Assembly (NCBI GenBank): GCA_033442325.1
Contig: JAWQFM010000005.1
Location: 2,072,331 to 2,136,330, forward strand
Source: Salpingoeca rosetta
Lineage: Eukaryota; Protista; Choanoflagellata
Length of the DNA stretch: 64,000 nt
Direction: 5' to 3'
The translations under genes and the position numbers were made by a program. The stretch's first letter is position 1. Each line of letters begins with the position of its first letter. Below, piece after piece: positions 38,623 through 53,771 of this stretch. The notes under the pieces were generated by a model, which searched no databases, was not told the origin of the DNA, and saw only the letters and a program-made list of their open reading frames with translations.

Positions 38623-41576
38623 ATGAGTGAAGACACCATGCCAGCCCCACCGCAGCTGACGGCAACAGAGGTACGCTTGTTGGCTCTGCCTTGCCAATGC
38701 ACCTTTGTACTGCATGGCATCTCATATGGGCTGACACATTGTTTCAATCGTTTCTCTTTTCTCCTGACGCCTCGTCTTCCCGGCTTGAACGGTGCAGGTC
38801 ATGGTGCTCCAAAGAGCCGCCATGATTTTGCGGAAGAAGTACAATGCTGCTCGCAAAGGACTTGACGTTGAGACATCTCTTCGTGATTTCGATTCTGACG
38901 CGCTGGAGTGCTTGCGACAACAAGTCATACATATCGCCGTCTTATTCCCAGACCTTGACATTGTAGTGGACGCGCTGAATCCGTTCACGACTGGTGCACA
39001 TGCGATATTGTCAGCGTGGGACGCTGTGGAGCTGCAATTGTCCAAATGCACACCTCCCAAGCTGGACACATCTGCGCTCAACAAGCGGCTGAGTAAGTGC
39101 ATGTTTGAGTTGATGTCCTGCGACGGCTGTTTGCGACGTGCTTCTCATGCCTTACCATGACTCACACCCAACGAATTGGCTCCACCACATACACGCGTGC
39201 ATGTACATGCGCGCGCACACTCCCATGCAGACCTTGTGCGGACCGTGGCACCAAGCACAGCTTCAAAGAAAAGGCTGAACAAGCAGGGGAGAGAGGGGGG
39301 TGTGGAGAGCTCCTTCCCTTACTTTATCTCCGTCGACCCGTCCACCTTCGCGGTCACCTCACAACTCGCCAAGCAGCTTGACATGGCCACAGCAACACAT
39401 GGCGACGGGAGTGAGTTTATGTGTATGTGGTGTATGTGTGTGGTGGGGTGTGTATGTGGGGTGTGGTGTGTATGGTGTGTGTGTGTGGTATTTTGTTATG
39501 TGACTTGCCTTAAGTCCTGTATCAGAGCATCTGTGATTGTGTGCCTACTTTGTGCGCTTGTGATAGTGTGTGTGTGTGTTGTGTGTTGTGTGTCGCAAGG
39601 TGGTTGCAATACACGTACACATGTATGCACACATGTACGCACGCACATGTACACACACATGTACACACACATTCATGCACTTTCATGCACGTACATGCAC
39701 TTTCATGCACATACATGCACCGCCACTGGCATGCAATGACTCACAAGCTCGTGTGTTCTTCTTGCTTTGCGTTTTTGCTGGGCCAGCCTCTGGCTTTGAA
39801 GCCATCAGCACGGATGGATACGAAGGGTGGATACAATACCAAATGATGGTGTGCATTCACAATTACTTCAATCGCAAGAAGCTGCACAGCCGCATGATGG
39901 TCATCGCCAACGCGCCTGTCTCGAACACGGAGCAGTACAAGATTGACGCTGCGTTTCGTCCGACCGTGTGCGAGCTGCACCACAGCTTTCTGCCTCTTAT
40001 CATTGAGGTAATGATTGACGTGTGCACCTCTGACTTTTTTATTCCAATTGCTTGTGCACCAGCCACCACACGATACACACACACAAGCACACACGGACGC
40101 GCAGACGCAAACACACACACACGCGTGGAAACACAAACCCTGCTTGCTCACTGCTGCATCCACCTTGTGTGCATGTTACAGTTCGAGCAGCAGCGTGCAC
40201 AGCGAGCGGAAGCAAAGGAGCAATTGCGCGAACACGCATTGCACGCTATCAAGTGCGTTCCCCACTGGGAGTCTGTGATCAAGGGGCTGATGTACCCCAT
40301 CGGCATCGCCGTCGCCGGGAACTGTGTTGATGTGTATGGTTTCGTCCTTGGACACAAGACGTTCGCTGGGGGACAGAAGATGCCAGTCATCAACAGCATC
40401 ACCCTGGCATCCACCACGGTGAGCCTCTGCTAGCATATGTTGTTGTTGTGATGGCTTGCTCCTCTTGCCCCTGACATGCTGCTATCCTCGTCCGTTGTGG
40501 TGTCCCTTTGCTCCGTCGGTGGCGGGCCACATGCTCTCACACCACACGCTCATGTGTCGCATATCTCCACACGCCTGCTCTCGTGCTTCCTGCGTTGTTG
40601 CGGTGTCAGCTGTCCAAGTTCTCCCGTGTGCTGGATGTGCTCTTGTCTGAGCCCCTGCTGGCCTACTACGACTCGCTCTACGCTAGATGCTTTGGAGCCC
40701 CTGCCACCACCTCTCCGCCACCGCTGCCATCTCCCCAGTGCGATATCCCACCTGCTCTTGTTGAGCGCATTCGCTTGAGCGGCGATTGCCCCGAGGAACC
40801 ACAGCAGCCACAGCACCAGCACCAGCACCAGCAGCCACAGCACCAGCACCAGCACCAGCAGCCACAGCAGCCACAGCAGCACCAGCAGCACCAGCAACTA
40901 CAGCAGCAACAGCAGCCACAGCACCATCAGCAGCAGAAAGACGAGGTCGTCTTGGCCAACATGCGCGTGTTCTTCGAGTTTGAAGAACTGGCGGCAGATG
41001 TGAAGATTATTGACGACACTGTGGTGAAGCGTGTGCCTGACGACCAGAACATCGACCGTATTCGTCTTATGTGGCGCATCCTGCACCCACGTCACCCGAT
41101 TCGCGTCATCAACAGCAACACCATCGTCATGCCCTTCCTCGGCAGCGGCAAGTTCACCACGCCAGAGCAGCTGTTGTGTGTGGCAGAGCAGCTCCTGCGG
41201 TTGTGTTTCCACTCACTTCCCCACGCCGACGTCCGCAGAGAAAACATCGCGGTGAAGGATGCGACTGCAGCCTTCATCGTCGATGTGGAGAATTTTGGAA
41301 CGCACACGCCGGACGGGTTCAACTGTTGTCTGCTGGAACGCCATCCTGACTTGTTTTGTCGCTCGGGCGAGGACCGGCTGCCGTTCAAAAGCATCCACGA
41401 CTTTTACTCACTGGCCATGGCATGGGCTCGCCCCGACTTTGGCGAGAGGTTTGATGTCCGGAGCACGTGTGATCGGTTTGAGGATGCGTGCCGGCGACTT
41501 GTTGAGTGGCTGCAGCAGAAGAAGCGTGACATGGCGCATAAGGGCGGTGGAAACGCTGACGACGGTGACCACGGAC

Positions 41577-41619
<43 letters not shown>

Positions 41620-41722
41620 GGAGCAGGAGGGGGAGGAGGAAGGCTGTGAGGTGGACGTGAAGAAGAAGCTGAAGATCCTCAACAAGCTCATCGAAGGAAT
41701 GCAGAACGCTACCATTCTTTGA
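38623..41722 (+). CDS. Hypothetical protein: putative PD-(D/E)xK-like domain followed by a divergent kinase-like domain (Crinkler-type architecture), about 6 exons
   Basis: GT-AG exons. YKIDAAF..PLIIE|FE..EQLREHA..IGIAV resembles a REase pattern. IVMPFL..HADVRRENIAV..FIVDVE..HP..DFYSL resembles kinase subdomains V-IX. Confidence 0.6.
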
Positions 41723-42482
41723 CTTGTGTTGGTGCAGCCACCCTTGCCTTCTTTGATGGCGGTGGCGGTGACAGGGGACGATGATGACGGTAGTGGTGGT
41801 TGAGGTGGTGAAATTGCTGTGTCTGGTGTTTTGTCTGCTGTTGCTGTTGCTAATTTGCTTGTTGTGGTGGGCCAGGCCTCCTTGTGATACTTGTTGTGCG
41901 TGCTATGATGGTGTGACTTCCATGAAGCTAAATATGGTATGCGTCTATCCCGTGCATAAAAGAGTGACGTGACATATGACATGACATGACGTGACACGCC
42001 ATGACTTCCTTGATCGAAAAGTCTGGATCCTGTGCAGTGTGTTTGGAGATGAAAGACACATTGGTGCCGAAAGGGGGTTAGATGTTTGGAATGGGCGACT
42101 TGTAGTGGACTTGCACGAGTGGTGTGAACTCATGTCAGAGGTGCGGAGTGGGGGGGGGGCGTGTGTGTGGTCGCGTTTGCCGCGTGTGTGCGGTTTGTGT
42201 TGTTTATGTCGGTTCTCAAGACGGGCACGGACAAGCAAATGAAGGAAGCAAAACGGCGGGCTCATGAAACACACTTAAGATCGGTGAAACGAAAAAGAAG
42301 GCAGTCATCATCCACTCACTCATACACATGAAGCAACCAAGCCATCACATCAAGCCACCAAGCAAGCAATCAGCCATCAATTACCACTCGAGCAAGCAAT
42401 ATACCGCACCATCACCAAATCATGAGCACATCGTGCCACCATGCCATCTTCGTCACGCCGTCCACCGCGGTTGCCGCCCCCA

Positions 42483-43498
42483 TCAGGAGAAGAGGCCACT
42501 GCACCACTGGCGCCCAAAGGTGAAGCAGATGCACACGCCGAGGATCAGGCCTGCAAGAGACGGGTCCACGCCACTTCCCTGGACAGCCAGGTCGCCTGCC
42601 TTGACAAACCCGTCAAGCACGCGCTGGGCTTTCGCGCGACGTCGACGCCGCTCTGCCTGCGCGCATGCAACGGAGGAGAACAGGTGCCGCAGCGTATTGG
42701 AGTGAGGGAGTGAGTGGTTGAGTGTGGGCGTGATGTTACATGCGCGATTGGCGCTCTGAGTGAAGGGGTATAGCTGCAAGGCTGCGAGGTACATGTACAA
42801 CGGCAGCACACAACACACACGCACACAAGCATGCACACACACACGCACACAAGCATGCACACACACACGCACACAAGCATGCACCACACACATGCGCACA
42901 CACACGCACACACACACACACACACACACAAGCACTCATGCTCACCTCCTCCACTTCCTCGGCGATGGGCTGGCCGTTGCAGTTGTAGCAGACGGGTCCG
43001 TTCAACTCGGCCTCCTCGTCACTGCAAGCAAGAGAAACACAGTGCCCCACACCATCACACAGCACACCCATGAGCGTTCATCTAAGCAAGTCATTACATC
43101 GGCAACTGCACACACATATGCACGTCAATCACACACACACACACACTACAAACGCAATGACACACATACGCACACACACACTACAAACGCAATGACACAC
43201 ACGCACACGCACAATATTGAACTTTAGAATCACACAATCACACAGCCGAGTGCATGTTCACTTACGATGAGATGGTGCTGCTTGCACCACCATCACCGCC
43301 ATTGCCACCAACGCCGTCGCCGTCGTCATCACCACTCGCCCACGCCTGCAAGAGCACAGGGCTGCCATTCTCGTCGCTGCTTTTGTCAGCATCATATCTG
43401 CCAACGCCGCCACCTTGGTCGAGCGACCACTGAGGCAGGTCGCCCCACTCCACCATGCCCTCCTGTGAACGCGTGCTGTTGTTGCGGCGACGCTGAAA

Positions 43499-43530
<32 letters not shown>

Positions 43531-43630
43531 GTGCTGCAACCTCCGTCACTGATGGCGGTGGTGCAGCCATGTCGTCTGTGGGCAGCGCAAACCAGCGCAG
43601 CTTCTGCATGCTCCTGCTCAGCACGACCTT
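42483..43630 (-). pseudogene. 5'-truncated fragment of an intron-containing gene, abutting the retrotransposon 5' half
   Basis: Exon-like MQKLRWFALP..QQQQ*QQQ..MVEWGDLPQW..SSTISS|gtaag, then DEEAELNGPVCYNCNGQPIAEEVEE|gtgag and a terminal exon. In-frame TAG in the CAG run at 43517-43519. Confidence 0.4.
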
Positions 43631-43634
43631 CTGC

Positions 43635-44610
43635 GGGGGATTGGCGCGACGTCCCGTGCGTGGGCCTCCCCAATGGCCGCCCACGCCTCGTCCAGCAGGC
43701 GGCGGTAAGCGGCCCTGTCCAGTTGCGTGGAGTCATCTGCGAGGGTGCGGTATGCGTTGGAGATGTTTCCCGCTGCGAGGTGTTGGCGGGCCTTGCCGGC
43801 GCGTCCTTCCTCGTCGGTGCGTGGCGGCCGCATCCGGATCGCGGCTCGTGCCTCTAGGCGGTCCCAGTTGCGCGACGCGAGGAGGCACATCCGGGCGTGT
43901 AGTGTGTTGTTCCGGATGTAGTGTGCCTTGTCCCTGGCGAAAATGAGCTGCAGTAGGTGGAAGGCACCCAGGACGTAGTCGTTGTGCCGCTTCCGCTTGT
44001 TGGGGTCGCTTTCAGCTTCTACGATCATGTTGGATGCGATCCGCAAGGCCCGATACGCGAGGGGATGGTTAGGGATCTTCTGGGCGGTGCGGTAGCAGTG
44101 GAAGATGTCGCTGTCGTCCTTGTTTCGCACGCGCTCGACGAGGTCCGCTTCGATGCCCTTCAGATCTCGAGTCCACTAGCCGTCGGAGGGCTGGAGGATG
44201 GGGAGGTCACGGGCGTCGGCATCAGCCCCGGCCTCGGGGGCGTGTGCCCGATTGCTGCATCTGTGGCGCGGCGAGAAGACGTGCCCCGTGCAGCTGGTGC
44301 AGTATGTGAGTCCGAAGGCCTCCGCGAGACCTGGGGACAGGTCGTCTGCATGTTGGGAACGGAAGTGCTGAGCCAGCTTGGTAAGGTCGAAGCGTCTGTC
44401 TTCGGCGCCTGCCGAGTGTTGGTGCTTGCGGCACCGCTCGAAGGGGCAGGGGAAGCGCGGGGGTGGCTGGCGTGGCGCGAGTTGCTCTGGCGTGAGTGAG
44501 ACAGGCTGGTGGGTGCTGACCCAGCAGCCTGCACTCGTGGACCGCGAACACGTCGTGCACTTGCGTGTCGTGTGAGGTCGAAGTTTGCTTTCGAGTTGCT
44601 TCTTGGTCTG
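43635..44610 (-). mobile_element. 5' half of a CRE-like non-LTR retrotransposon ORF (zinc fingers + pre-RT region), degenerate
   Basis: C2H2 finger FPCPFERC..LAQHFRSQH, YCTSC..HRC, and RAGKARQHLAAGNISNAYRTL, which resembles the pre-RT motif of R2/CRE-type ORFs. In-frame TAG at ~44177. No introns. Confidence 0.7.
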
Positions 44611-44762
44611 AATTCAGTCGATAAAACTGAAATCATTCTCTACCGCGCATTCCTCGCACAACACACCACCACCACCTGCTCCAAGTCCGCCAGCAGCAAG
44701 GAGTCTACCGCTCCACAACACGAGCACGGGTTGAGCTTGAGCTGGTGTTCCGCAAGGCTGGG

Positions 44763-45413
44763 ATGGAGCGTTCCAACCAGCCATGGGCTTTTTCCGTGAA
44801 TAGCGTTGGCAATGGCGAGGTTCAAGAGGGCGCTGCCATAAACAACGGAGCGACAGCAACTGCTCGCCTTGAACCAGGCTTTGCGAGGCAAGAAGGGCCG
44901 CACGAAGCAGGCGAAGCGGACGCAGCGGGTGAAGAGGAAGAAGAACGCGCAACAACGTTCATTTCAGCTGTGTCTGATCTCCCAGCTGTTCAGGTGTACC
45001 AACCAGGCATCGCGCCAGATCCCCTCCGCAGGATGGACCTTGGAAGCAGCTCGGACGAGGACGAGTTCCACAGCCAGCAGGAACCAGGTTCAACCGATAC
45101 AAACGGCGACACTAGCGAAGACGACGATGAGTTTCAGGACCCAGACACAGGGCCCATTACCGAAAGTGACGAAGACGAGGATGATGAGGATGATGATGAT
45201 GACGACGAGGATGACGGGGATGACGACGAGGATGACGGGGAACGACCGCGTGACAATGCAGGAGACCTTGGCATGAATGACTTTGATGAGGTAGCGATGC
45301 TCAAGTGCTTGATCCGGCCGTTGTGCACTTGCTCTTTGTATCTTGAATCCCGAAGCGATCTCGCGTGCAACCATGTATCTTTCAACCTTTCCTCACTTGC
45401 AATGCTCTCTTTG

Positions 45414-45456
<43 letters not shown>

Positions 45457-45574
45457 CCACCACCACCACCACGTGTGCGCGTGTAGGGTGTTGAGCAAGA
45501 CCCCGACTTCTCTATCGCAGACCTGGAGAACAGCACGTGAGTATCGCGCGTGCGTTGTATGTGTGTGTGTATCA

Positions 45575-45634
<60 letters not shown>

Positions 45635-46266
45635 CGTGTGTGTGTGTGTGTATATCATGTGTGTGCGTGTATCATGTGTGTGCGTGCCTTGATGTTGCTG
45701 CATCCATGGGCGATCGATTGGTGGTTGCTGACACGGATGCACGCGCGCTCGCGCATGCACTTGTTACAGCGCTGGGCTGCGCCTGCCGCCATCGGACCGG
45801 GCAGAGCCCTCGCCGTCTCAACCGCAAGGTGAGTGAAACCCTCTCGGTTGCACGCGCACGTGTCGTTGCTCAGAGGAAGCCTATGTCACGTGCGCGTTCG
45901 CGTTTGTGCGTATCTACGCCTTTGCGCACCACGTTTGCGCTTGTGCATGCATCCCTGTCTGCGCTTGCGCTTGTGTGTCACTGACTAACGTGTTTGGTTC
46001 ACTGCCACGTCTTTCCGATCCGAACGCCCTGCGCTCGTCCGCACGGCTGACACTGCCCCCACCCCCCCCCCTTCGTGATGTTGCACCTGTGGACGACTAC
46101 TGCGCAGCTCCGGCCCCACGCGGCCACGACGCGACACGAAGGAGAAGCAACAGAGGTGGTGAGCAGACGCGTGGCGCTCGTGCAGGCGGTGCTGGGCAGG
46201 ACTCTGCATTCCAGCACGCAGCCGTCTCACGAGGTCGTGCACAGCAACAACAACAACAACAACAGC

Positions 46267-46351
<85 letters not shown>

Positions 46352-46398
46352 GCAACAACAACAACAACAACAACAGCAACAACAACAACAACAACAGC

Positions 46399-46433
<35 letters not shown>

Positions 46434-47154
46434 CGTGCGAGTGCGCGTCGGCTGACGCCACGAACGTGGTCCTACAAGCAGGGACACCTTGAAGGGTTCA
46501 TCGAGGTGTGTTGCTATCCTGCGTGACAACGCCAACTTGATTATGTGTCATACATGCACACACACACACACATGCACACACACATTTGCACACACATACA
46601 CACATATGCACATGCACACATACAGTGCGCGTTTCCATGCTTACCCACTTCACACATCCCTACCCTCGCTTTCTTTGCATCGTGGGTGTTTAGGTTGAGC
46701 GTGACACGCGTCGCACCATCAGTCTGCTGCAGGCCGTTGTGCCGCCCCCACACCTTCAAACCTTCAACCTCACCACCCCAAGCAACTTTGTCGCCTCGGA
46801 CTTTGCTGTCCCATTACCTTCAAGGATAGCAGCCACGTCACGGTCCTCCCGGTCCTCCCTGCGCCCCAACCACCCGCTGTCCTCCTCAGTGGGGGCGCTG
46901 TCCTCCCTGTCATCCACGCACGCGCGACCATCAGGCCGCCTGTCCATGCCAACAGGCATCGGCAGCAGTAGTGCCAGTGGTGGTGGCCGCACTCGCAATG
47001 CCATCAATGGTTATGATGATGACGATGATGGTGACGACAATGACGCAAGTGCTGGTGGTGATGGATTTGATATTCCGCACGACCACACCGTCGAAAATCA
47101 CGCGGCACTCGTCCTCGTCGGTGTGTGCCTGTGTGTTTGTGTGTATGTGTCTGC

Positions 47155-47186
<32 letters not shown>

Positions 47187-47917
47187 CTATGCCTGTGTCT
47201 GTGTCTGTGTATGTGTCTGCCTCTGTGTGTGTGTGTGTGTATGTCATGACCAAGGTGTGCATCCTGAACCTGAACCCAATGGTCCACATTTGCCCCTTCC
47301 TCTCCCCCTCACCTTCACCACCACTTCACCCCGACTTCACCACAGGTCTGGACAACACGCCCCGACAGCTGGTCGGGTGCGGGTGGCGCGGTGTTGGCGT
47401 GGACGAAGCCCCGTTTCGCGTCGTCTTGGAAGACATCCACATCCACCGCAAGCTGCTGCTCGAAGGTGACGACGATGAGCATTCACGCCATTAGTGGTGG
47501 TGGTGGTGGTGGTGGTGGTGGTGGTGGTGGTGGTGGTGGTTGATGACCTGTTGAAACACGCGCGTGAAGTGTATCGAGCGACGTATTGAATGAGAATTCC
47601 CACAGACTGCTGTTGTCTACAGTACAGACACGTGCTATCATCGTGATCATGATGTAGCTAACACATACATGCGCACATACACACATACACACACACGCAC
47701 ACACGCACGGTTTTGCCCCTCTGTTCCTTCGCTCACTGTCCAGGCCACGTGATGCCTGGTGGCGGCGGCATATCGGGGTGGACGTTTGCGCTGAAGGACG
47801 GCCTCCCACCGGAGAGCATTGGTCGCTTTGCGCTCACCGTCGTGGGCGACACCCCGTTCCTCAGCGCGTTTCCCTCACCGGTTGAACGCGGATGGGCAAA
47901 CGCATGTATGTCCGCAC

Positions 47918-47948
<31 letters not shown>

Positions 47949-49395
47949 CTGCGTTTTTTTTGTGTGTGTGTGTGTGTGCCCCTTTGTCACTGCATGTGTG
48001 TATGCCATTTCTCAGCTTGTCTTGCAGTGCCTGGTGTGCGCGTTTCACGCACGCACGTTGCTCACGTGTTCCTGCGTCCCTCCCATCTCCGCTTCCCATG
48101 CCCACACGTGTATCCAGATGTGCATGACATCCAAAGCGCACCCAACCCAACATCATCCCCGCTCTGCTCCCCGCTCATCACAAAGGCCCATTTTGTGCAG
48201 GTGTGAACGTTTGCTCGCAGGTGTATGTGTGTGTGTGTGCTGCTTGTGTGGGATCTCATTAATGGTTGTGCTTGCGTGCACCATCGTTCCGCGGCCTCCC
48301 CCCCCCCTCACTCGCTGTGTTGCTTTCGCATCCTTCTTTCAATGACTGCTGACAACCCCAATTCATTCATTCATTCATGCTGACACGTGTATATATGTGT
48401 GTGTGTGTGTGTATGTGTGTGTCCAGCTGTGCACGCGGTTCGGGCTGCCGCAGGTGGCACAAGCTCTTCAGAAATGCAAAGTGCGCATTGGTGCTGCTTC
48501 CTGCTGTTACCCTCGTCTCGCCCGTGCATGGGCATGTACGAGTTCGCGCGCATGCACTCATGGCCTCCCCATCGCCTCACCCTGTGTGCATTCTTGTGTG
48601 TGTGTGTGTGTGTGTGTTTACAGAAGCCGTGCACGTTGGAGCACCTCGCTGTCCGCAATGCAGTTGCACTCCGCGAGTATCTGGGTTGGTTGGCGTTGCA
48701 CCACAGGGATTTACACCTCAGGACACACACACGCACACACGCACGCACACACACGCACGCACTGAGAGGAAGGGAGTGAGCGTGTATGTACGTGTGTTTC
48801 CGCGCACATGTTCACATACGCACATTCACACACCATACGCGCATACACACAATTGCATACCGTTTGCTGGTGATAGGGCTGGCGTCTCAGGAGCACAGCT
48901 TCTACATGATGGCCATCATCGAATGGATTCTCCAACTCAGGTGGGAGACAAACACACTCTCATACGCACGCACACGCACACGCACGCACACACACACACA
49001 CGCACACACACACACACACGCACGCACGCACACGCGGATATGCAAGCACATGGACGCTTCACAACCGACTGCTTGCGTGCATGACGCTGCCATGCACAAT
49101 TTCATTTCACGGAGACTCACTGCTACCGCCTCCCGTCACATCACCACAGATCCTACGCACGTGTGCGCGTGTGTCCGCGTTTTCACTGCCACGTCCCCAT
49201 GCAAGATCCCCTTTTCCGGCGCCTGTCCACGTTTGAAACGCTCCTGAACCTCTCAGCTGCTGAGATTATCGACTATTTTGCACATGACGGTGGGATCTCG
49301 TGTTGTGTGATTGTGTGCATGTTGGAACAACTGTCATACCTCGCAACGCACGATGGGCGTGCACATGTGTTCCTTACCTAACATTCTTCATCATC

Positions 49396-49475
<80 letters not shown>

Positions 49476-51013
49476 CCTGTTGTTTGCAGCCAACACCAAT
49501 GCAGCGCTGGCAATACCGCGCATGTATCACACGCGAACACACGAGGACGTGCGCGCCGTTGAACAGGTGATGCAGAGGCATTGGCTGTTGTCCAAGCCAC
49601 TGTTGTACCACCAGATGCTTCGGTTTTGTCGTCGTTCAATGCATACAGCGCCCTTCACACATATGCACGTGTATCCCCTTTCTACACACCCACACATCAC
49701 TCACTGCCTCACACACACACTCACACTCACACACACACACACTCACACACACTTTCCCTTTTTCCCACCAACCCACCTGCGATAACGATGACAACGATGA
49801 CAATGACAGCTGCGTCGCCCCCTCCGCCTGTCAAAGATGACAGTTCGGACCGGTCGTCACAGCAACCAGTGGGAAACGCGCATCCCGCTCACAGGTGCGG
49901 CAGAGAGAGAGAGAGAGTGTGTGTGTGTGTGTGTGTGCTTGTGAGAGAGAGAGAGTGTGTGTGTGTGTGTGCGTGCGTGTGAGAGTGTGTGTGTGAGTGT
50001 GTGTCCGTGTTTCCCTTGTGCACAAGTACAGCCGTGCAAACACATGCACAACTGCGCGCGTGCTACCTTGCGCGAACCCCAATTACCACCAACACTGTGT
50101 CCTGTCCTCTTGTTTGCACACATGTCAGGACGCGACATGCTGGTGCGGTGCAGTGGAACGGCAATGACGACAACAACGATGACACCCGTTGGATATGAGC
50201 GCATCGCAGATCAGATTTTTGACTTCTTCTTTGAATACGGTGGGCAGCGACAACTGTCCGTGTGCAGTGCTCTCCCTCACGCCACACCTTGATCATTAGA
50301 GCACGCTTTCTTCCAGTTCAACGCAAACACACATACACACACTCTCTCTCGCTCTCTCTCATTCTCTTTCTCTCTCATGCAAACGCACACCCAAACGAAC
50401 TTCCACCCATGCACCCATATATCCTCACCCCTATACACCCACCCATACGCATGTACACCACACAAACACACCAGTGTATTATCTGAAGCACAAGGAGCGC
50501 GTGCTGCGGCACCACGGGCGCCATCCGATGGTGATGAAGGCGGCGCTCGTCAGCCACCACACGGCAAGCGTGTATGCCCTCCTCCGCGCAAACCCAAGCA
50601 TTTCCTTTATGCACAGAACAATCTCCCAGTCAGATACCCCGACCAGCGTACGTGCTGTACTGCATGCACAGAGCGCGGCATGAAGTGAATGCATTGATTG
50701 CGCATTCTCCGTGCTGCCACATGCATGTCACAGATTGTACCACATGTGCACCAACATGTGCCCCCCCCCCCCTACGCACCCTCACTTACTCACACGCTCA
50801 CACACACTCACGCACGCACTCACGCACGCACTCACGCACGCACACTCACACACCCCTCACACAAAATTCTCCTTTCCTCCCCCCGCCCATATCTGTGTTG
50901 CAGGAGGCGCACATGCTGGTTGCGAGCCACCAGTCGACGACACCTGAGAAGTTCAGCCGTGCAGCGTCGACAGCATACGCAACGACTGTGAACGGCTGGG
51001 ATGGTGATGATGG

Positions 51014-51065
<52 letters not shown>

Positions 51066-53266
51066 GAGTTGGTTGAAGCGTTTGCATCGCAGGATGAAAG
51101 CATTGACCCAAAGGTTGGTTGTGTTCAACACATACACGCACACATGTGAAACTCGAAGCATGTATCCAGACACACGTGTACCTGCAAATACAAACACTCA
51201 CATCCGCTCAGTCACACTGGCACGCTCACACACTCACACACTCACACATAACCTCGCTCACTCACACATGCACACACACGCACGCCCCCCCCCCCGCTGT
51301 GTTCATTGTCAGAACGCGTACTTTCGACCCACCGGCAAATCTTCGCAGTGGCGCTGGTTGAGAGTGGCCGTTCCAATCATGGTGGTGAGTACCTGTGTGT
51401 GCACTGTCACGTATGACTTTGTGACTCCAGATGCGTGCATCTGCGTATGGTGTGCAAGCCGAGATGGTTATTGCTTGCTCTGTGCGTGTGCGTGTGACTG
51501 TGTGTGCCTGCCTGTTTGTCGATTTTGGAATGCATTCAATTCTCACCTGATCGTTCCCTCGTTCTCTCGCGCGTGTGTTTCATGTTCAATGCGGCCATGT
51601 GTGTGTGCAGCTGTTTGCCGTCGCCTTCATCGCTGTCCCCGTTTTCATCAACCTCATCCTGTTTGACGAAATCACAAGGGAGAAGAGCGACAAGGTCTGC
51701 GCGCGTTGTGCATGTGCGTGTGTGTGCGAGAGAGAGAGAGAGAGAGAGAGTGTGTGTGTGTGTGCGTGTGTGTGTGTGTGTGCGTGAGTGCGTGAGTGCA
51801 TATGTGCGTGTGCACCTGACCCTCTTTCTGCTCTTCAAATGCTTTCGCTTTCCACTATTCACAGTACGCTTTCCTACACACGCACACACACACACACACG
51901 TTGCACCTACACCACGGCAGTGCGGGTTCCTGGAGTCGCTCATCTGCGTGCCCATGATTGGCATTGTTGCGCTGACGGTGCTGGTGATGGCTGTCGACGC
52001 GTTTGCGGTGTACAAACGCACCCTCCACCGGTTCAGTGGCAGCTTTGCGCGCGTGTTCGTCTGGGGTGCACTCGCTGTGACGCCAACCGCATATGGCTTT
52101 TACTCTCTCGGCATCTCCATGCCCCACTGCTCCGAGTATTCCCCTGGTCACTGCATTCTCCTGATGGTGCGCACACGCCTTGACTTTTTGGGGCTGCTTC
52201 TGGTCGTGTTGACATGTGTGCCTGTGCATATCATCGATGACGCTGGTTGATAGTCTTGAGCACGCCGACTCTGCCGCACTGATGTCCCTGTTTCTTCACT
52301 GTCCTTCGCCTCACACATGCACCAACAACATTTCATGACCATTGACATGCCATCACACTGCTCCCGCTTACATGCATGGCTGAAATCGGGTTTGCTTACA
52401 TGCACACGTACAGTCGCATGTCAGCGTGTACCTCGTGCGCACGATTGTGCTCGCGTGGTTCGCTGCCTTCGCTGCATTCGCGCCACGTTCGCCTCCGCCG
52501 CCCTGGACCATCGCTCACACTCACACCGGTCTGAACTCGCACAACCGCTCGGCAAAAGCACACACACGCACACACACAATCGTCTCACGTCATTGTCACA
52601 CGTAATTCACCCATTTTGCTCACTCGCCTCCATTCATCTCCTTCCTCCACCGCTCTTTCCCCTTCTTGCACGTTTCCAGCCCTCGCCCTGATCACGTTGG
52701 CGTCAATGGTTGAGTTTTCAATGTACATCCTCGCATTCGTCTCCCTGGACCACGGGCCATGGTGCGTAAACACACACGCGCACACACACACACACACACA
52801 CATTTTTAACATGCAGCACTTGTGGCAAGCATGCTGTGCATCAATACGCTCGCCTTGCACGCATGCAAGTCCATATCTTCGCTGTTGGTGCTCACATTCG
52901 TCATGTTATCATGTGCTTGTTTGTTTTTCAGGCACAAACGTGCGTGGGAGTTTGGGCTGATTCCGCTGTGGATTGTGGATGTGTTCTGCATCACCGTGCC
53001 GCTGCTCGTCAAAGCATACAATGTACGCATGCAGCGCCAATCGTACTTTGCTGAGCTGTCATGCACGCGATACACCACTTTGTGTGTGCGTGTGTGTGTG
53101 CGTGCGTGTGTGTGCATGTGTGTGTGTGTGTATGTGTGTGCTTCCATTCTTTCTCACTTCCCTCGTGTCACCACAGCTGGATTGGCGGAGACATTTTCCG
53201 CCGTCGTCAGATCCTGAACGCCAGTCTCTTCTCCACACGGACTCAAACCGCAGGTGCGAGCATGTA

Positions 53267-53339
<73 letters not shown>

Positions 53340-53687
53340 CGCGCACGCCAACTTGCCGGTGTTCTCAATGCACCACATGTTGTTTTCCCACGTTCATGCT
53401 GATTTGTGCACGTGTATTTGTCGGCTCTGCGTGCATGGTGCCATCTTCAGGTATGGCCAGTACAGCATCAACACGCCCCCGCAAGACAGTGACGAGAATG
53501 AAGAAGATCAAGACAACAACGACAGCGCAACACCCCCGTTTCGCGATGAGGTGAGCGCGTTGCGTGTTTGTGCGCATGTGCGCAACTGTGCATGTGTGTC
53601 TCTGTTGTGATTGCTCAAGTGTTGCCGTTTGTGCGTCGAAGTTTATTCTTCGCACTTTGCTGTTTTCCCACTGCTCACGCCACCGCC

Positions 53688-53771
<84 letters not shown>

